This document shows, one piece after another, positions 1-8,948 of a stretch of DNA of 32,000 nt (position 1 is its first letter; the number at the start of each line of letters is the position of its first letter). The translations under genes and the position numbers were made by a program. Origin of the DNA: Corynebacterium amycolatum (GTDB lineage Bacteria; Actinomycetota; Actinomycetes; Mycobacteriales; Mycobacteriaceae); NCBI RefSeq assembly GCF_049243625.1, contig NZ_CP046975.1, one strand, 5' to 3'. The notes under the pieces were generated by a model, which was not told the origin of the DNA, ran no database searches, and was given only the letters and a program-made list of their open reading frames with translations.

Positions 1-1
1 C

Positions 2-304
2 AGCGTGTTCGTGAACTACGACGGTGTCAACAAGCACCGCACCGTTATCGGCTCGCATGTTCGCACCGGCTCCGACACCATGTTCATCGCTCCGGTGACC
101 GTGGGTGATGGTGCGTACTCAGGTGCAGGTACTGTTATTAAGGACGACGTTCCTCCGGGAGCATTGGCGGTCAGTGGTGGCCGTCAGCGCAACATCGAGG
201 GATGGGTCGAGCGGAAGCGTCCAGGTACCGCTGCTGCTGAGGCAGCGCAGGCGGCGCAGGTAGCTGACAACGCTGACAACAACAAGGAAGACCAGGAAGG
301 CTAG
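2..304 (+). CDS. glmU: GlmU (UDP-N-acetylglucosamine pyrophosphorylase / GlcN-1-P acetyltransferase), C-terminal fragment, 5' end outside window
   Basis: The ORF is open to the left window edge and stops at TAG 302-304. The translation ([53 protein letters not shown]) is the hexapeptide-repeat acetyltransferase C-terminus typical of GlmU. It lies 7 nt upstream of prs, the usual glmU-prs synteny. Confidence 0.88.
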   Translation, partial: SVFVNYDGVNKHRTVIGSHVRTGSDTMFIAPVTVGDGAYSGAGTVIKDDVPPGALAVSGGRQRNIEGWVERKRPGTAAAEAAQAAQVADNADNNKEDQEG

Positions 305-311
305 ACGGCAG

Positions 312-1289
312 ATGACCGGCCAGTGGATCGATAACCAAAAGAACCTCATGCTCTTCTCCGGAAGGGCACACCCGGAATTGGGCGAGGCAGTTGCCAAGGA
401 GCTCGGCACAGAGCTGACCCCGATGACCGCTCGTGATTTTGCCAACGGCGAAATCTTCGTGCGCTACGAGGAATCCGTCCGCGGTTCCGATGCCTTCGTG
501 CTACAGGCACACCCGGCACCGCTGAATAAGTGGCTCATCGAGCAGCTGATTATGATTGACGCGCTCAAGCGCGGTTCGGCCAAGCGCATCACCGCTATCC
601 TGCCGTTCTTCCCATACGCCCGCCAGGACAAGAAGCACCGTGGCCGTGAGCCGATTTCCGCTCGCCTGGTCGCTGACCTGCTCAAGACCGCCGGCGCTGA
701 CCGCATCGTCTCCGTGGACCTCCACACCGACCAGATTCAGGGCTTCTTCGACGGCCCGGTCGATCACATGCACGCCATGCCGATTCTGTCGGAGTACATC
801 AAGAAGAACTACTCCCTGGACAACCTCGTCGTGGTCTCCCCTGACGCCGGTCGTGTGAAGGTTTCCGAGAAGTGGGCCAACACCCTGGGCGATGCCCCGC
901 TGGCTTTCATTCACAAGACCCGTTCCGTCGATGTCGCGAACCAGGTTGTCGCCAACCGTGTGGTCGGCGAGGTCTCCGGTAAGACCTGTCTACTCATCGA
1001 CGACATGATTGACACCGGCGGCACCATCGCCGGCGCTGTCAAGGTGTTGCGTGAGGCTGGCGCTGAGGATGTCATCATCGCTACCACGCACGGTGTCTTC
1101 TCTGACCCAGCTCGCGAGCGCCTGTCGAAGTGCGGTGCCCGCGAGGTCATCACCACCGATACTCTGCCGCAGTCCACCGAGGGCTGGGACAACCTGACCG
1201 TCCTGCCAATTGCGCCGCTGCTGGCTAAGACGATCCACGAGATCTTCGAAAACGGTTCCGTCACCACTCTCTTCGAGGGCCAGGCATAA
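312..1289 (+). CDS. prs: Ribose-phosphate pyrophosphokinase (PRPP synthetase)
   Basis: The 325-aa ORF carries Prs hallmarks: LMLFSGRAHPELGEAVAKELG, FARQDKK-like YARQDKKHRGREPISA, and the PRPP-binding loop LLIDDMIDTGGTI. Confidence 0.95.
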   Translation: MTGQWIDNQKNLMLFSGRAHPELGEAVAKELGTELTPMTARDFANGEIFVRYEESVRGSDAFVLQAHPAPLNKWLIEQLIMIDALKRGSAKRITAILPFFPYARQDKKHRGREPISARLVADLLKTAGADRIVSVDLHTDQIQGFFDGPVDHMHAMPILSEYIKKNYSLDNLVVVSPDAGRVKVSEKWANTLGDAPLAFIHKTRSVDVANQVVANRVVGEVSGKTCLLIDDMIDTGGTIAGAVKVLREAGAEDVIIATTHGVFSDPARERLSKCGAREVITTDTLPQSTEGWDNLTVLPIAPLLAKTIHEIFENGSVTTLFEGQA

Positions 1290-1311
1290 GCTCTTTCCGC
1301 TTGCCGACGGG

Positions 1312-1367
1312 CACCCCGCTGCGACCAGCAACCTAGTTTTGCTGGTGGTGGCGGGGTTTGCTGTTTG
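1312..1367 (+). terminator. Rho-independent terminator candidate after prs
   Basis: A nested inverted repeat CACCCCGC-tgcg-ACCAGCAA-cctagt-TTGCTGGT-ggtg-GCGGGGT is followed by the T-rich TTGCTGTTTG. It begins 22 nt after the prs stop. Confidence 0.6.
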
Positions 1368-1540
1368 ACCTGTTAGTCCACTACAATTTTTCCGGTAAGT
1401 CTCGGCGAGGGCGACCACAGTAGCTGGTTGCCGTTATCGACGCGACGCTCGCAGCCCAACTTTTGCGCCCCACAGAGGCATGGATGCGGCACGTGCTCGA
1501 CTCGACGACTCAGTATCGAATCGTTTAGGAGTCCATTTTC

Positions 1541-2182
1541 ATGGCAAAGCCCAACATCATCAAGATTGATGCTCGTAACCGCACCGAGTTCGGCAAGGGT
1601 GCCGCTCGCCGTGCCCGCGTTGCTGGCGACATCCCGGTTGTCATCTACGGCGCTGACCTGGATGCTCCGAAGCACATCCTCGTTGACACTCTGGATTTCC
1701 ACGCTGTCATCCGTAACCACGGTGTCAACGCTGTTCTGGACGTCAACATCGAGGGCGAGTCCCAGCTGTCCATGGTTAAGGCTGTTGACCAGAACCCGCT
1801 GACTCTCGACATCGACCACGCTGACCTGCTCGCCATTCACCGTGACGAGAAGGTTGAGGTTGAGGTTCCGGTCGTTCCGACTGGCGAGCTCGCTCCGGGT
1901 GCCCTGCTCATGCAGGATGCCGAGACCATTCTGGTCAACGCACCGGTTCTGGCTATTCCGGAAGAGATTGAGGTCTCCGTCGAGGGTGCAGAGGTCGGCA
2001 CCATGGTTCACGCCGGCGACGTTACCCTGCCAGAGGGCCTGGTCCTCACCGACGACGCTGACCTGCTCATCTTCAACATCGTCGAGCCGGAGGAGGAGCC
2101 GGCTGGTGACGTCGATGCCGACATCGAGGGCATGGGCGAGGCTGAGACCCCGGATGAGCCAGCTGAGGAATCCGCTGAGTAA
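1541..2182 (+). CDS. rplY: 50S ribosomal protein L25 / general stress protein Ctc (long form with acidic tail)
   Basis: The 213-aa ORF is preceded by AGGAG 8 nt upstream. The N-terminus KIDARNRTEFGKGAARRARVAGDIPVVIYG is the canonical L25/Ctc start, and the C-terminus is an acidic tail (EPEEEPAGDVDADIEGMGEAETPDEPAEESAE). Confidence 0.93.
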   Translation: MAKPNIIKIDARNRTEFGKGAARRARVAGDIPVVIYGADLDAPKHILVDTLDFHAVIRNHGVNAVLDVNIEGESQLSMVKAVDQNPLTLDIDHADLLAIHRDEKVEVEVPVVPTGELAPGALLMQDAETILVNAPVLAIPEEIEVSVEGAEVGTMVHAGDVTLPEGLVLTDDADLLIFNIVEPEEEPAGDVDADIEGMGEAETPDEPAEESAE

Positions 2183-2241
2183 TTTAAGCGCTGAATAGCT
2201 CTAGCTGACTGAGCCAATACAGGCTTTCACGCTTAGCTAAC

Positions 2242-2277
2242 AAAAAAGGGACGGACGCTCTTGTCCGTCCCTTTTTT
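2242..2277 (+). terminator. Rho-independent (symmetric, potentially bidirectional) terminator after rplY
   Basis: The sequence is AAAAAA-GGGACGGAC-gctctt-GTCCGTCCC-TTTTTT: a perfect 9-bp GC-rich stem and 6-nt loop, flanked by A6 and T6. It lies about 60 nt after the rplY stop. Confidence 0.85.
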
Positions 2278-2326
2278 GCACTCCCCAAAACCAAAAGATT
2301 GCTTACCGTGTGCCAAGATTGAACTC

Positions 2327-2935
2327 ATGAACGCCTCCACCACGCCTCTACTTGTCGTGGGCCTCGGCAACCCTGGGCCCAAATATGAACTCACCCGCCA
2401 TAACGTCGGACATCTGGTGCTAGATGAACTAGCTAGCCGCACTTCTCCGATGCCGTCGTCGTTTAGCGTGCACAAGAAGTCCAACGCTGAGATTGTGCAG
2501 ACTCGGTTTAAAACCTCCGATGGTGGCGAGCGACAGGTGATTCTGGCTAAACCCCGGACGTACATGAATCTGTCGGGCGGGCCGGTCGCGGCGCTGGCGA
2601 AGTTCTTCAGCATCGCACCTACCGACGTCGTGGTGGTCCACGATGAGCTAGATCTGGACCCGGGCGTGGTCCGCCTCAAACGTGGCGGTGGCGAGAATGG
2701 CCACAATGGGCTGCGTTCGACCTCGAAGTCATTGGGCACGAAGGACTACATGCGCGTGCGCATTGGCATTGGTCGTCCTCCGGGCCGCCAGGATCCAGCT
2801 GATTATGTGCTGCACAACTTCAATGCCAAGGAGCGCGAGGAACTCGCTTTCACCCTGCCCACCGCGGCGGAGGCAGTGGAGCTAATCGCCAGCCACGGGC
2901 TGGAAATTGCTCAGAACCAGGTGCACGGGCGGTAG
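2327..2935 (+). CDS. pth: Peptidyl-tRNA hydrolase
   Basis: The translation [29 protein letters not shown] ... RTYMNLSG ... HDELDL ... GHNGLRS carries the Pth family motifs. The ORF-track start at 2261 lies inside the rplY terminator hairpin, so the ATG at 2327 is preferred. Confidence 0.9.
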   Translation: MNASTTPLLVVGLGNPGPKYELTRHNVGHLVLDELASRTSPMPSSFSVHKKSNAEIVQTRFKTSDGGERQVILAKPRTYMNLSGGPVAALAKFFSIAPTDVVVVHDELDLDPGVVRLKRGGGENGHNGLRSTSKSLGTKDYMRVRIGIGRPPGRQDPADYVLHNFNAKEREELAFTLPTAAEAVELIASHGLEIAQNQVHGR

Positions 2936-2960
2936 CAGATAGAGGCAAATGGCAGCAACG

Positions 2961-3013
2961 AGCCCCCCTTCCCTCCCAACTTTCACTGGGATGAGAAAAG
3001 GGGGCTATTTTCG
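2961..3013 (+). terminator. Possible terminator after pth (interrupted hairpin)
   Basis: AGCCCCCC..TCCCA-actttcac-TGGGA..GGGGGCT is followed by ATTTTCG. The stem has an internal loop and the U-tract is short, so this call is tentative. Confidence 0.35.
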
Positions 3014-3034
3014 CGTTCCCGGGAGCTTCAGTCT

Positions 3035-3047
3035 TTACAGCTCGTCG
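3035..3047. repeat. Left copy of 13-bp direct repeat TTACAGCTCGTCG (partner at 24063-24075)
   Basis: The exact 13-mer occurs at both edges of the high-GC island. It extends to 19 nt with 2 mismatches (ttacagctcgtcgGtgtTc vs ttacagctcgtcgAtgtGc). The right copy is the reverse complement of the last codons plus stop of gapB (..IDEL*). Confidence 0.45.
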
Positions 3048-3165
3048 GTGTTCGTGCTGCTCGGCGTTTTCGTCGGCGGTTTCGCTCTGTCCACCGAGCG
3101 TCTGGCGGTGGGATTCGGGAAGCTGCGGCAGGGCGCCCGTGAGGGCATCGACCAGGTGATGAGGA

Positions 3166-4899
3166 TCAGGCGCCCGGGGAGCTCCCCGTCCGGCACGCCC
3201 ACGACTCGGCGTAGCGACCGCCCTTCGCCAGCAATTCATCGTGCGTACCCCGTTCTGCGACCGTCCCGTCCTCTGAAAGCACGACGATGAGGTCGGCATC
3301 GCGGACGGTGTGCAGGCGATGGGCGACGACGATCACGGTGTGATCGCCGCGCAACGCCTCCATCGTGCCGACGATCGCCCGCTCAGTGGCCGCATCCAGC
3401 GAGGACGTCGGCTCGTCGAGAAGCACCACCGGGGAATCCTTCAGAAGCGCCCGGGCGATGGCGAGGCGCTGCCGCTCGCCTCCCGACAGCAGCGTCCCCT
3501 CCTCCCCCACCGGGGTATCCCACCCGGAAGGCAGCAGCTCCACGATGCGGTCCACCCCGGAACGCCGGGCGGCCTCGCGCAAGCGGTCCCCGTCACCGGG
3601 CCCGGAACCGAATTCGGGGTCGGCGAAGACCACGTTGTCCCGCACGGACGCGTCGAAAAGGAACGTCTCCTGGAACACCGGGGTCACCAGCGAGTTCACG
3701 CCGTCGGTGCCGATTCGAGGCAAGGGCACCCCGCCGATGAGGATCTCCCCCGAGTCCGGATCATGAAAACGCGACAGCAGCCGCATGACCGTCGTCTTGC
3801 CCGCCCCCGACGGTCCCACTACGGCAACCAGCGCTCCCTGAGGTGCACGGAAGCTGACGCCGTCGAGAACCTTCTTATCCCCGTACCCGAAGCTCACGCC
3901 GCGGAACTCCACGTCATGCCCGTCGGGCGGCTCCGGTGCGGCAGGTTCGGGAAGGGCGGGGATTGCCCGCAGATCACGCAACGCAGCCAACGTGTTGCGG
4001 CCCGCACCGAAACCGCCGGACAACGCTCCCGCCGTGGTGATCGGTCCGGTGAACTGGACGACCACGATGAGCATTGGCGCCAAATGCGCCGGCGCCATCC
4101 CGCCCGTCGCGGCGACTGCCACGGCGACGATTACCGCCGCCGTGAACACCGCATGGACGACCGAACTCAACCGTCCGATGGCCGCCCCCTGCGTCGACGT
4201 CGCCTTCGCGAACGCATCGTGTTGGGCCCGGATCGCCTCATCCACCATCGCGTCCGCCGCCGAACCGTCGCTCGCGGCGCGAATCGCCTGCTGGCAGCGG
4301 GTGAACTCGATCAGCCTGCCGGAGACGGCAGCGACGGCGTCAGCATGCGCTTCGTCCGACTCCCCGCCGACCCGGCCAATGGCCCGGTAGGCGAAGAAGA
4401 TCACCGGCGCCGACGCGACGAGAACCAAACCGACGCGCCAATCCACCGCCAGAATTCCGAAGGCGATGACGGTCGGCGCAACCACCGCGGCGATGACGGG
4501 CCGCAGGATCACGTGCGGCACGGACGCCGCAAACGCGATACCCGACGACGCCATCTCCGAAAAGCGGCCGGCCGTGGACTTGGTGACGTACCCGAGTGGC
4601 AACGTCAGCACGCGTTCGCCCAGGGAACGCAGCAGGGACGACAGCACCGCTGCGGAATTCGCCCTGCCGACCGTCCCCGCGGCGAGAGACAGCACCGCAT
4701 GGGCGGCCGCGAGGCCGGCGATGACGCCGGTGAAACGCCACGCCGTCGCATCATCTCCCTCGGCCAGAGCCGACAGCAGCGGCAGCAGCGCGACGAACGC
4801 CGCTCCCTGGGCCAGCGCGGCAAGCGCGGCCAACGCAATGAGCCACGCCAGCGTCATTCTCGAGCGCCGATCCGTCATCGACCACAAGTCCCGAATCAT
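3166..4899 (-). CDS. ABC transporter, fused permease/ATP-binding protein (type-I exporter fold; YbtQ/IrtB-like partner)
   Basis: The 577-aa ORF has an N-terminal 6-TM-like hydrophobic half. The NBD carries Walker A GPSGAGKTT, signature LSGGERQR, Walker B VVLLDEPTS and an H-loop VVAHR. Its ATG overlaps the upstream gene's stop (ATGA at 4896-4899). Confidence 0.85.
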   Translation of the reverse strand: MIRDLWSMTDRRSRMTLAWLIALAALAALAQGAAFVALLPLLSALAEGDDATAWRFTGVIAGLAAAHAVLSLAAGTVGRANSAAVLSSLLRSLGERVLTLPLGYVTKSTAGRFSEMASSGIAFAASVPHVILRPVIAAVVAPTVIAFGILAVDWRVGLVLVASAPVIFFAYRAIGRVGGESDEAHADAVAAVSGRLIEFTRCQQAIRAASDGSAADAMVDEAIRAQHDAFAKATSTQGAAIGRLSSVVHAVFTAAVIVAVAVAATGGMAPAHLAPMLIVVVQFTGPITTAGALSGGFGAGRNTLAALRDLRAIPALPEPAAPEPPDGHDVEFRGVSFGYGDKKVLDGVSFRAPQGALVAVVGPSGAGKTTVMRLLSRFHDPDSGEILIGGVPLPRIGTDGVNSLVTPVFQETFLFDASVRDNVVFADPEFGSGPGDGDRLREAARRSGVDRIVELLPSGWDTPVGEEGTLLSGGERQRLAIARALLKDSPVVLLDEPTSSLDAATERAIVGTMEALRGDHTVIVVAHRLHTVRDADLIVVLSEDGTVAERGTHDELLAKGGRYAESWACRTGSSPGA

Positions 4900-6674
4900 C
4901 GGTTCCCCGCCTTTTCATCGTCTGATTCAATGCCCCGCGGGGCGGATGGTTCGTCGTCGAGCGCGAACGCGCGCCACAAATCCCGGTAGCGGCCACCGCG
5001 CGCAAGCAACTCGTCGTGGGTACCCGCCTCCGCGACCGCTCCCCCATCGAGAACGAGGATGCGGTCGGCGTTGCGGATCGTGCTCAACCTGTGCGCGATC
5101 ACAATCACCGTCCGCGAACGGGCCAAACGCTCGATTGCGGACTGGATGAGGGCCTCGGAAGCCGGATCCGCGTAAGCGGTTGCCTCGTCGAAGATGAGCA
5201 CCGGCGCGTCCGTGACGATCGACCTCGCGATGGCCACGCGCTGCGCCTCGCCACCGGAAAAGGTCACGTCGACGTTGACCACCGAATCCAGGCGCTTCGG
5301 CAGCGCCTCGATGATCGCATCGAGGTTCGCGAGCTTCGCGGCCGCCATGATGTCGCCGTCGGTGGCGTCTCTCTTGGCCAGCCGGATGTTCTCCCGCAAC
5401 GGCAGCGTGAGCAACTGCGGATCTTGGAACACCACCGACACCGAGCGGTGCACGTCGCGCACGGCGATGTCGCGGAGATCGACGCCGCCCAGCAGCACCG
5501 AGCCTTCGACGGGGTCGTGGAAACGCGCCAACAACCGGGCGACGGTGGACTTTCCGGAACCGGAGGACCCCACCAACGCCGTGAGGGTCCCCGGTTCGAA
5601 CGTCGCGGACATCCCATCGAGGACCCGCGGCCCATCCCCGTAGGAGAAGACCAGGTTCCGGACCTCGAGCGCGCCCCCGCGCACGGGCACCGGATCGGCG
5701 GGCTCGGCGATCGGCGGCGTGCCCAGCACCTCCGCGATGGATTTCAGGGCCGCGATCCCCGCGATGATGGGTTCGGAGTTCATGGCCACCCGCACGATCG
5801 CCGCGGAGAATCCAAGGCCGAGAACCAGCCCGGCGACGAGGCCCTCCGGTGTGCCGCCCGCGGCGTCCCTCAGAGCGAGGCCGGCGCCGCACACCACTGC
5901 GAGGACCGTGATCGGAGACGTCACCACGTCGATGAGCCCAAGATAGACGTTCGACTGCCGAGACCAGGCGGACCACGCGCGGACGAACGACGACGCCGCG
6001 GCATCGTAGCGGCCCGAGCCCTGGTTGGCGCGTCCGAAGGACTTCATCACCGGGATGCCGCGCACCAACTCGATGACCGCGGCCGTCACTCCTTCGGAGG
6101 CTCGCTCGTAGTCGCGCTGAAGGCCGGCGCCACGCGACATCATTACGCCCATCAGGGCGAAGGTGACCAGCACCGGGACGACCGCCACCGCCGCAATCCG
6201 CCAATCCACCGCGACGAGCGCGATGAGGGAAAGCAGGGGAACCAGCACCGCCACCACGGTCTCACCGACGGTGTGGCCCATGAGCTGGTGGACAGCCGCG
6301 ACGTCCTTCTCAACCGACCCGATGATTCCCGACGAGCGCCGGGCGTCCAGCCAGCCCAGCGGCAACTTCCGGATTTGGGCGACCAGCCGGCGCCGGAGGT
6401 GGAGCTGCAGGTCGTTATCCGCCCGGTGCGAGAGCATGCCGGCGGCGCCGTCCGCGGCCATGCGCACCGTTGCGGCGACGACGATGACAGCCACGGCCAA
6501 CCACGTCCGATGCTCCGGGGCCTCCGGGTACGTCATCGCGATGTCGATGATGCCGACCAGCGAAGCAACGGTAGCCACCGACGACAGGACGGATAACGCG
6601 ACCACCGCACGCATCCGAGTCCGGATCGGGGCGAGCAGCGACCACGGGCCTACGGTCCCGTCCACGGCGCTCAC
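4896..6674 (-). CDS. ABC transporter, fused permease/ATP-binding protein (type-I exporter fold; YbtP/IrtA-like partner, no SIP/FAD domain)
   Basis: The start is trimmed to GTG 6674, which forms a GTGA overlap with the methyltransferase stop. The TMD half is followed by Walker A GSSGSGKST, signature FSGGEAQR and Walker B VLIFDEATA. The ORF-track N-terminal extension (to 6962) is Arg-rich and overlaps the upstream gene. Confidence 0.85.
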   Translation of the reverse strand: MSAVDGTVGPWSLLAPIRTRMRAVVALSVLSSVATVASLVGIIDIAMTYPEAPEHRTWLAVAVIVVAATVRMAADGAAGMLSHRADNDLQLHLRRRLVAQIRKLPLGWLDARRSSGIIGSVEKDVAAVHQLMGHTVGETVVAVLVPLLSLIALVAVDWRIAAVAVVPVLVTFALMGVMMSRGAGLQRDYERASEGVTAAVIELVRGIPVMKSFGRANQGSGRYDAAASSFVRAWSAWSRQSNVYLGLIDVVTSPITVLAVVCGAGLALRDAAGGTPEGLVAGLVLGLGFSAAIVRVAMNSEPIIAGIAALKSIAEVLGTPPIAEPADPVPVRGGALEVRNLVFSYGDGPRVLDGMSATFEPGTLTALVGSSGSGKSTVARLLARFHDPVEGSVLLGGVDLRDIAVRDVHRSVSVVFQDPQLLTLPLRENIRLAKRDATDGDIMAAAKLANLDAIIEALPKRLDSVVNVDVTFSGGEAQRVAIARSIVTDAPVLIFDEATAYADPASEALIQSAIERLARSRTVIVIAHRLSTIRNADRILVLDGGAVAEAGTHDELLARGGRYRDLWRAFALDDEPSAPRGIESDDEKAGNR

Positions 6675-7465
6675 TTGCCCGCCTCCCCGATCGCGCTTTT
6701 CTTCGTGAGAGTGCAGAAGTACACCATGCCGGCGTGTGAGGCTCCGCCCAGCTTCAGCCCGTTGGCTTCGGCGAGGTCCTCGAGCTCGCTGCCCCGGAAC
6801 ACCCGGTGGCCCATCTTCGCCATGACGGCCATGTCGACCCGCTCGTTCACGTCGGGATCCTCGGCGAACGTCTGCACGTAAGCGATGCCGCCGTCGGCGA
6901 GCAGCCCGGCGACCCTGCCGAGCGCGGCACCCGCATCCTTCATTTGGTGGAGCGCGCCGCACACCCAGATTTCATCGGTCCTGCCGGGCTCTCCCGCGAG
7001 CGGCGCAAGGACGTCGGCGACGTGGAATTCCGTCCGGGCCCCGAGCCCTTCGACGGCGGCGCGTTCGCGGGCGATGCGAATCGCATTGGGCGACAGGTCG
7101 TAGCCGACGATGTTCGCCCTGCGATAGCGAGGCTCGGCGGCGAGCATGCGGGCGAGCCACCCGGTTCCGCAACCGAGGTCGAGAACCCGGGCCGGTGCAT
7201 CCGGCCCGGGATCCAGCGCACGGAGCTTCCGATACACGGCGGCGGCGTCCATCGGTTCACGCGCATAGCGGCTGAGGAACCTCGGCTGGACCTTGTCCTC
7301 GTAGGCCGCGAGGAGTCTGCGGTTGTTCTGGACGATCTGGGCAATCGACTTCATCTGGTTCTGTCTCCGGGGTGTGTGGGCCGCGTCCACGCGGCGGTTT
7401 CGGGTTAGGTGCTCGGGTTCGCGGGCCATCGTCGGCGGCGATGCCCCCGTGGACGTGCCCGTCAT
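6671..7465 (-). CDS. Class I SAM-dependent methyltransferase (stand-alone)
   Basis: Motif I is VLDLGCGTGWLARML, the post-I motif is IVGYDLSPNAI, and later residues are DEIWVCGALHQM. The start at 7465 forms an ATGA overlap with the upstream permease stop. An alternative start is ATG 7354 (MKSIAQ..., GGAG 10 nt upstream). Confidence 0.8.
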   Translation of the reverse strand: MTGTSTGASPPTMAREPEHLTRNRRVDAAHTPRRQNQMKSIAQIVQNNRRLLAAYEDKVQPRFLSRYAREPMDAAAVYRKLRALDPGPDAPARVLDLGCGTGWLARMLAAEPRYRRANIVGYDLSPNAIRIARERAAVEGLGARTEFHVADVLAPLAGEPGRTDEIWVCGALHQMKDAGAALGRVAGLLADGGIAYVQTFAEDPDVNERVDMAVMAKMGHRVFRGSELEDLAEANGLKLGGASHAGMVYFCTLTKKSAIGEAGK

Positions 7466-8199
7466 GCAGACTCCCCCGGCCTCGTTTTCACGGCGATGCC
7501 CCACGCCGCAAGCACGGCGATGCCTAAGAACCAGGCCGCGCAGACCACCAGACCCGCAGCCCCGTTGCCGTTGACGGCCTCGCCGGCCGCGGATACGGGG
7601 GTGTGCCCGGCGATTCCGCGCAGGAGAGGACGGAAGTGGTCGGCGGGCATGAGCACCGTGTTGACGAACATCGCAACGATGATTAACGGGATGAGGGCCA
7701 CGGAGCCCTGGGGGCTGGTGATGGAGAACGCGATGTACGTGCCGGTGCATGCGGCCGCCGCGGCAACCATCGCGCCGGTCACCGCGATCCTCCACCACCA
7801 GGACGCCTCAGGGGGGCTGTCGGAAAGCAAGGCGGCCACCGCCACGACGACGACCGACATCGCCATGATCCGGATGAACTCGGCGATGATCCGTGCGGCC
7901 GGCACGGCCGCGTACGGCGCCGGCATGGTGATCAACCGCTCGTGGAGGCCATTGCTGCGTTCAACGAACACAGTGGACGATCCCGTGATGGCCAAGATGA
8001 ACGCCCACGTCGTCACGACCAGGATGACCGCGTTCGGGAGTTCGAACTCTCCGGTGAGCTGCCTGACCAGGCCACCGAACATGCGGTTGACGATGAACAG
8101 GTACACGAGCGGAGCAATGAACGTCATGAACCAGAAGTCGGGGCGCCGCAGCCAAATGTGGGCAATGCGCCGCAGATGCACGAAGATGGGGCCGATCAT
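7462..8199 (-). CDS. ABC-2 type transporter permease (second permease of DrrAB-like exporter)
   Basis: About 245 aa, multi-pass and hydrophobic, with N-terminus MIGPIFVHLRRIAHIWLRRPDFWFMTFIAPLVYLFI typical of ABC-2 permeases. The start is trimmed to the ATGA overlap at 8196-8199. Confidence 0.72.
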   Translation of the reverse strand: MIGPIFVHLRRIAHIWLRRPDFWFMTFIAPLVYLFIVNRMFGGLVRQLTGEFELPNAVILVVTTWAFILAITGSSTVFVERSNGLHERLITMPAPYAAVPAARIIAEFIRIMAMSVVVVAVAALLSDSPPEASWWWRIAVTGAMVAAAAACTGTYIAFSITSPQGSVALIPLIIVAMFVNTVLMPADHFRPLLRGIAGHTPVSAAGEAVNGNGAAGLVVCAAWFLGIAVLAAWGIAVKTRPGESA

Positions 8200-8948
8200 G
8201 ATTCGCTCCTCGAGGTGAACCGGCGGATGAACAGGACGATTCCGGCGACCGCCGCGACACCGAGCCACAGGGCTGCCTCTTCCCCGGCACTATCCGGGAA
8301 GGCATCCGGGGACGCCGCCCTGATCACCTCGATGATCGGCGAAAACGGCATGTGACGTACGACGTCGCGCAGGGAGCCGTCCAAAGCGGTCGCCGGAATG
8401 AACGCAGTGGAGAACATGAGCAGCAGCATTTCCAGCGCCTGGATCGATGAGGCCGTCGACACCGGGGCGGGCACCATCAGGATCACCCCGTCCGTGACCA
8501 GGGACAGGACCGCCGCGGCGAACAGCGACCACAGGACAGTCCACGCGACGTCACCGACAGCCATGTCGAGGCCGCAGGCCCACGCGACGACCAGCAGCGC
8601 CGCGATCGACGCGGACATCCGCAGCACATCGGTGACGAGCCTGCCGGCGACATAGCCGCCTGTGGCCCCGGGCAACACGCGCACGCGGTCAACGAGCCCG
8701 GATTCGACGTCCTGTCCCACCGCCATCGCCGACGCCGCGGCGGTGAACATCGCCGCCTGGAACAGGCAGCCGCCGAGCACGAAACGCAGGTACCCGAAGC
8801 CGGATTGCCCCGCCGAGTACCCAAACACCGCGTACAGGCACAGCAGAAAGAGGGGCGGAACTACGAACATGGAAATCAGCGACGCGGTGTTGCGTCGCAA
8901 CAGTAGCAGATCCCGACGGAGAAACGCCGCGACCGACGTCGCACTCAT
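8196..8948 (-). CDS. ABC-2 type transporter permease (first permease of DrrAB-like exporter)
   Basis: 250 aa, beginning MSATSVAAFLRRDLLLLRRNTASLISMFVVPPLFLL, which is an ABC-2 signature-like start, followed by 6 predicted hydrophobic spans. The start is the ATGA overlap with the ATPase stop (8945-8948). The ORF-track extension to 9434 overlaps the ATPase gene. Confidence 0.72.
   Translation of the reverse strand: MSATSVAAFLRRDLLLLRRNTASLISMFVVPPLFLLCLYAVFGYSAGQSGFGYLRFVLGGCLFQAAMFTAAASAMAVGQDVESGLVDRVRVLPGATGGYVAGRLVTDVLRMSASIAALLVVAWACGLDMAVGDVAWTVLWSLFAAAVLSLVTDGVILMVPAPVSTASSIQALEMLLLMFSTAFIPATALDGSLRDVVRHMPFSPIIEVIRAASPDAFPDSAGEEAALWLGVAAVAGIVLFIRRFTSRSES

Noticed and set aside
1365-1387. 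A TTGACC ... TACAAT pair as a sigma-A promoter for rplY.
   Set aside because: The spacer between the two hexamers is only 11 nt, against the expected ~17. TACAAT (1382-1387) alone may be a -10 box, but I cannot support it without TSS data.
3035-3148. A 37-aa minus-strand ORF (MPSRAPCRSF...TNTDEL*) ending at the left repeat copy. It could be a small gene or a gapB C-terminal fragment.
   Set aside because: Only the last ~5 codons resemble gapB. The rest has no similarity or coding character, and there is no RBS. It is better explained as non-coding DNA containing the repeat.
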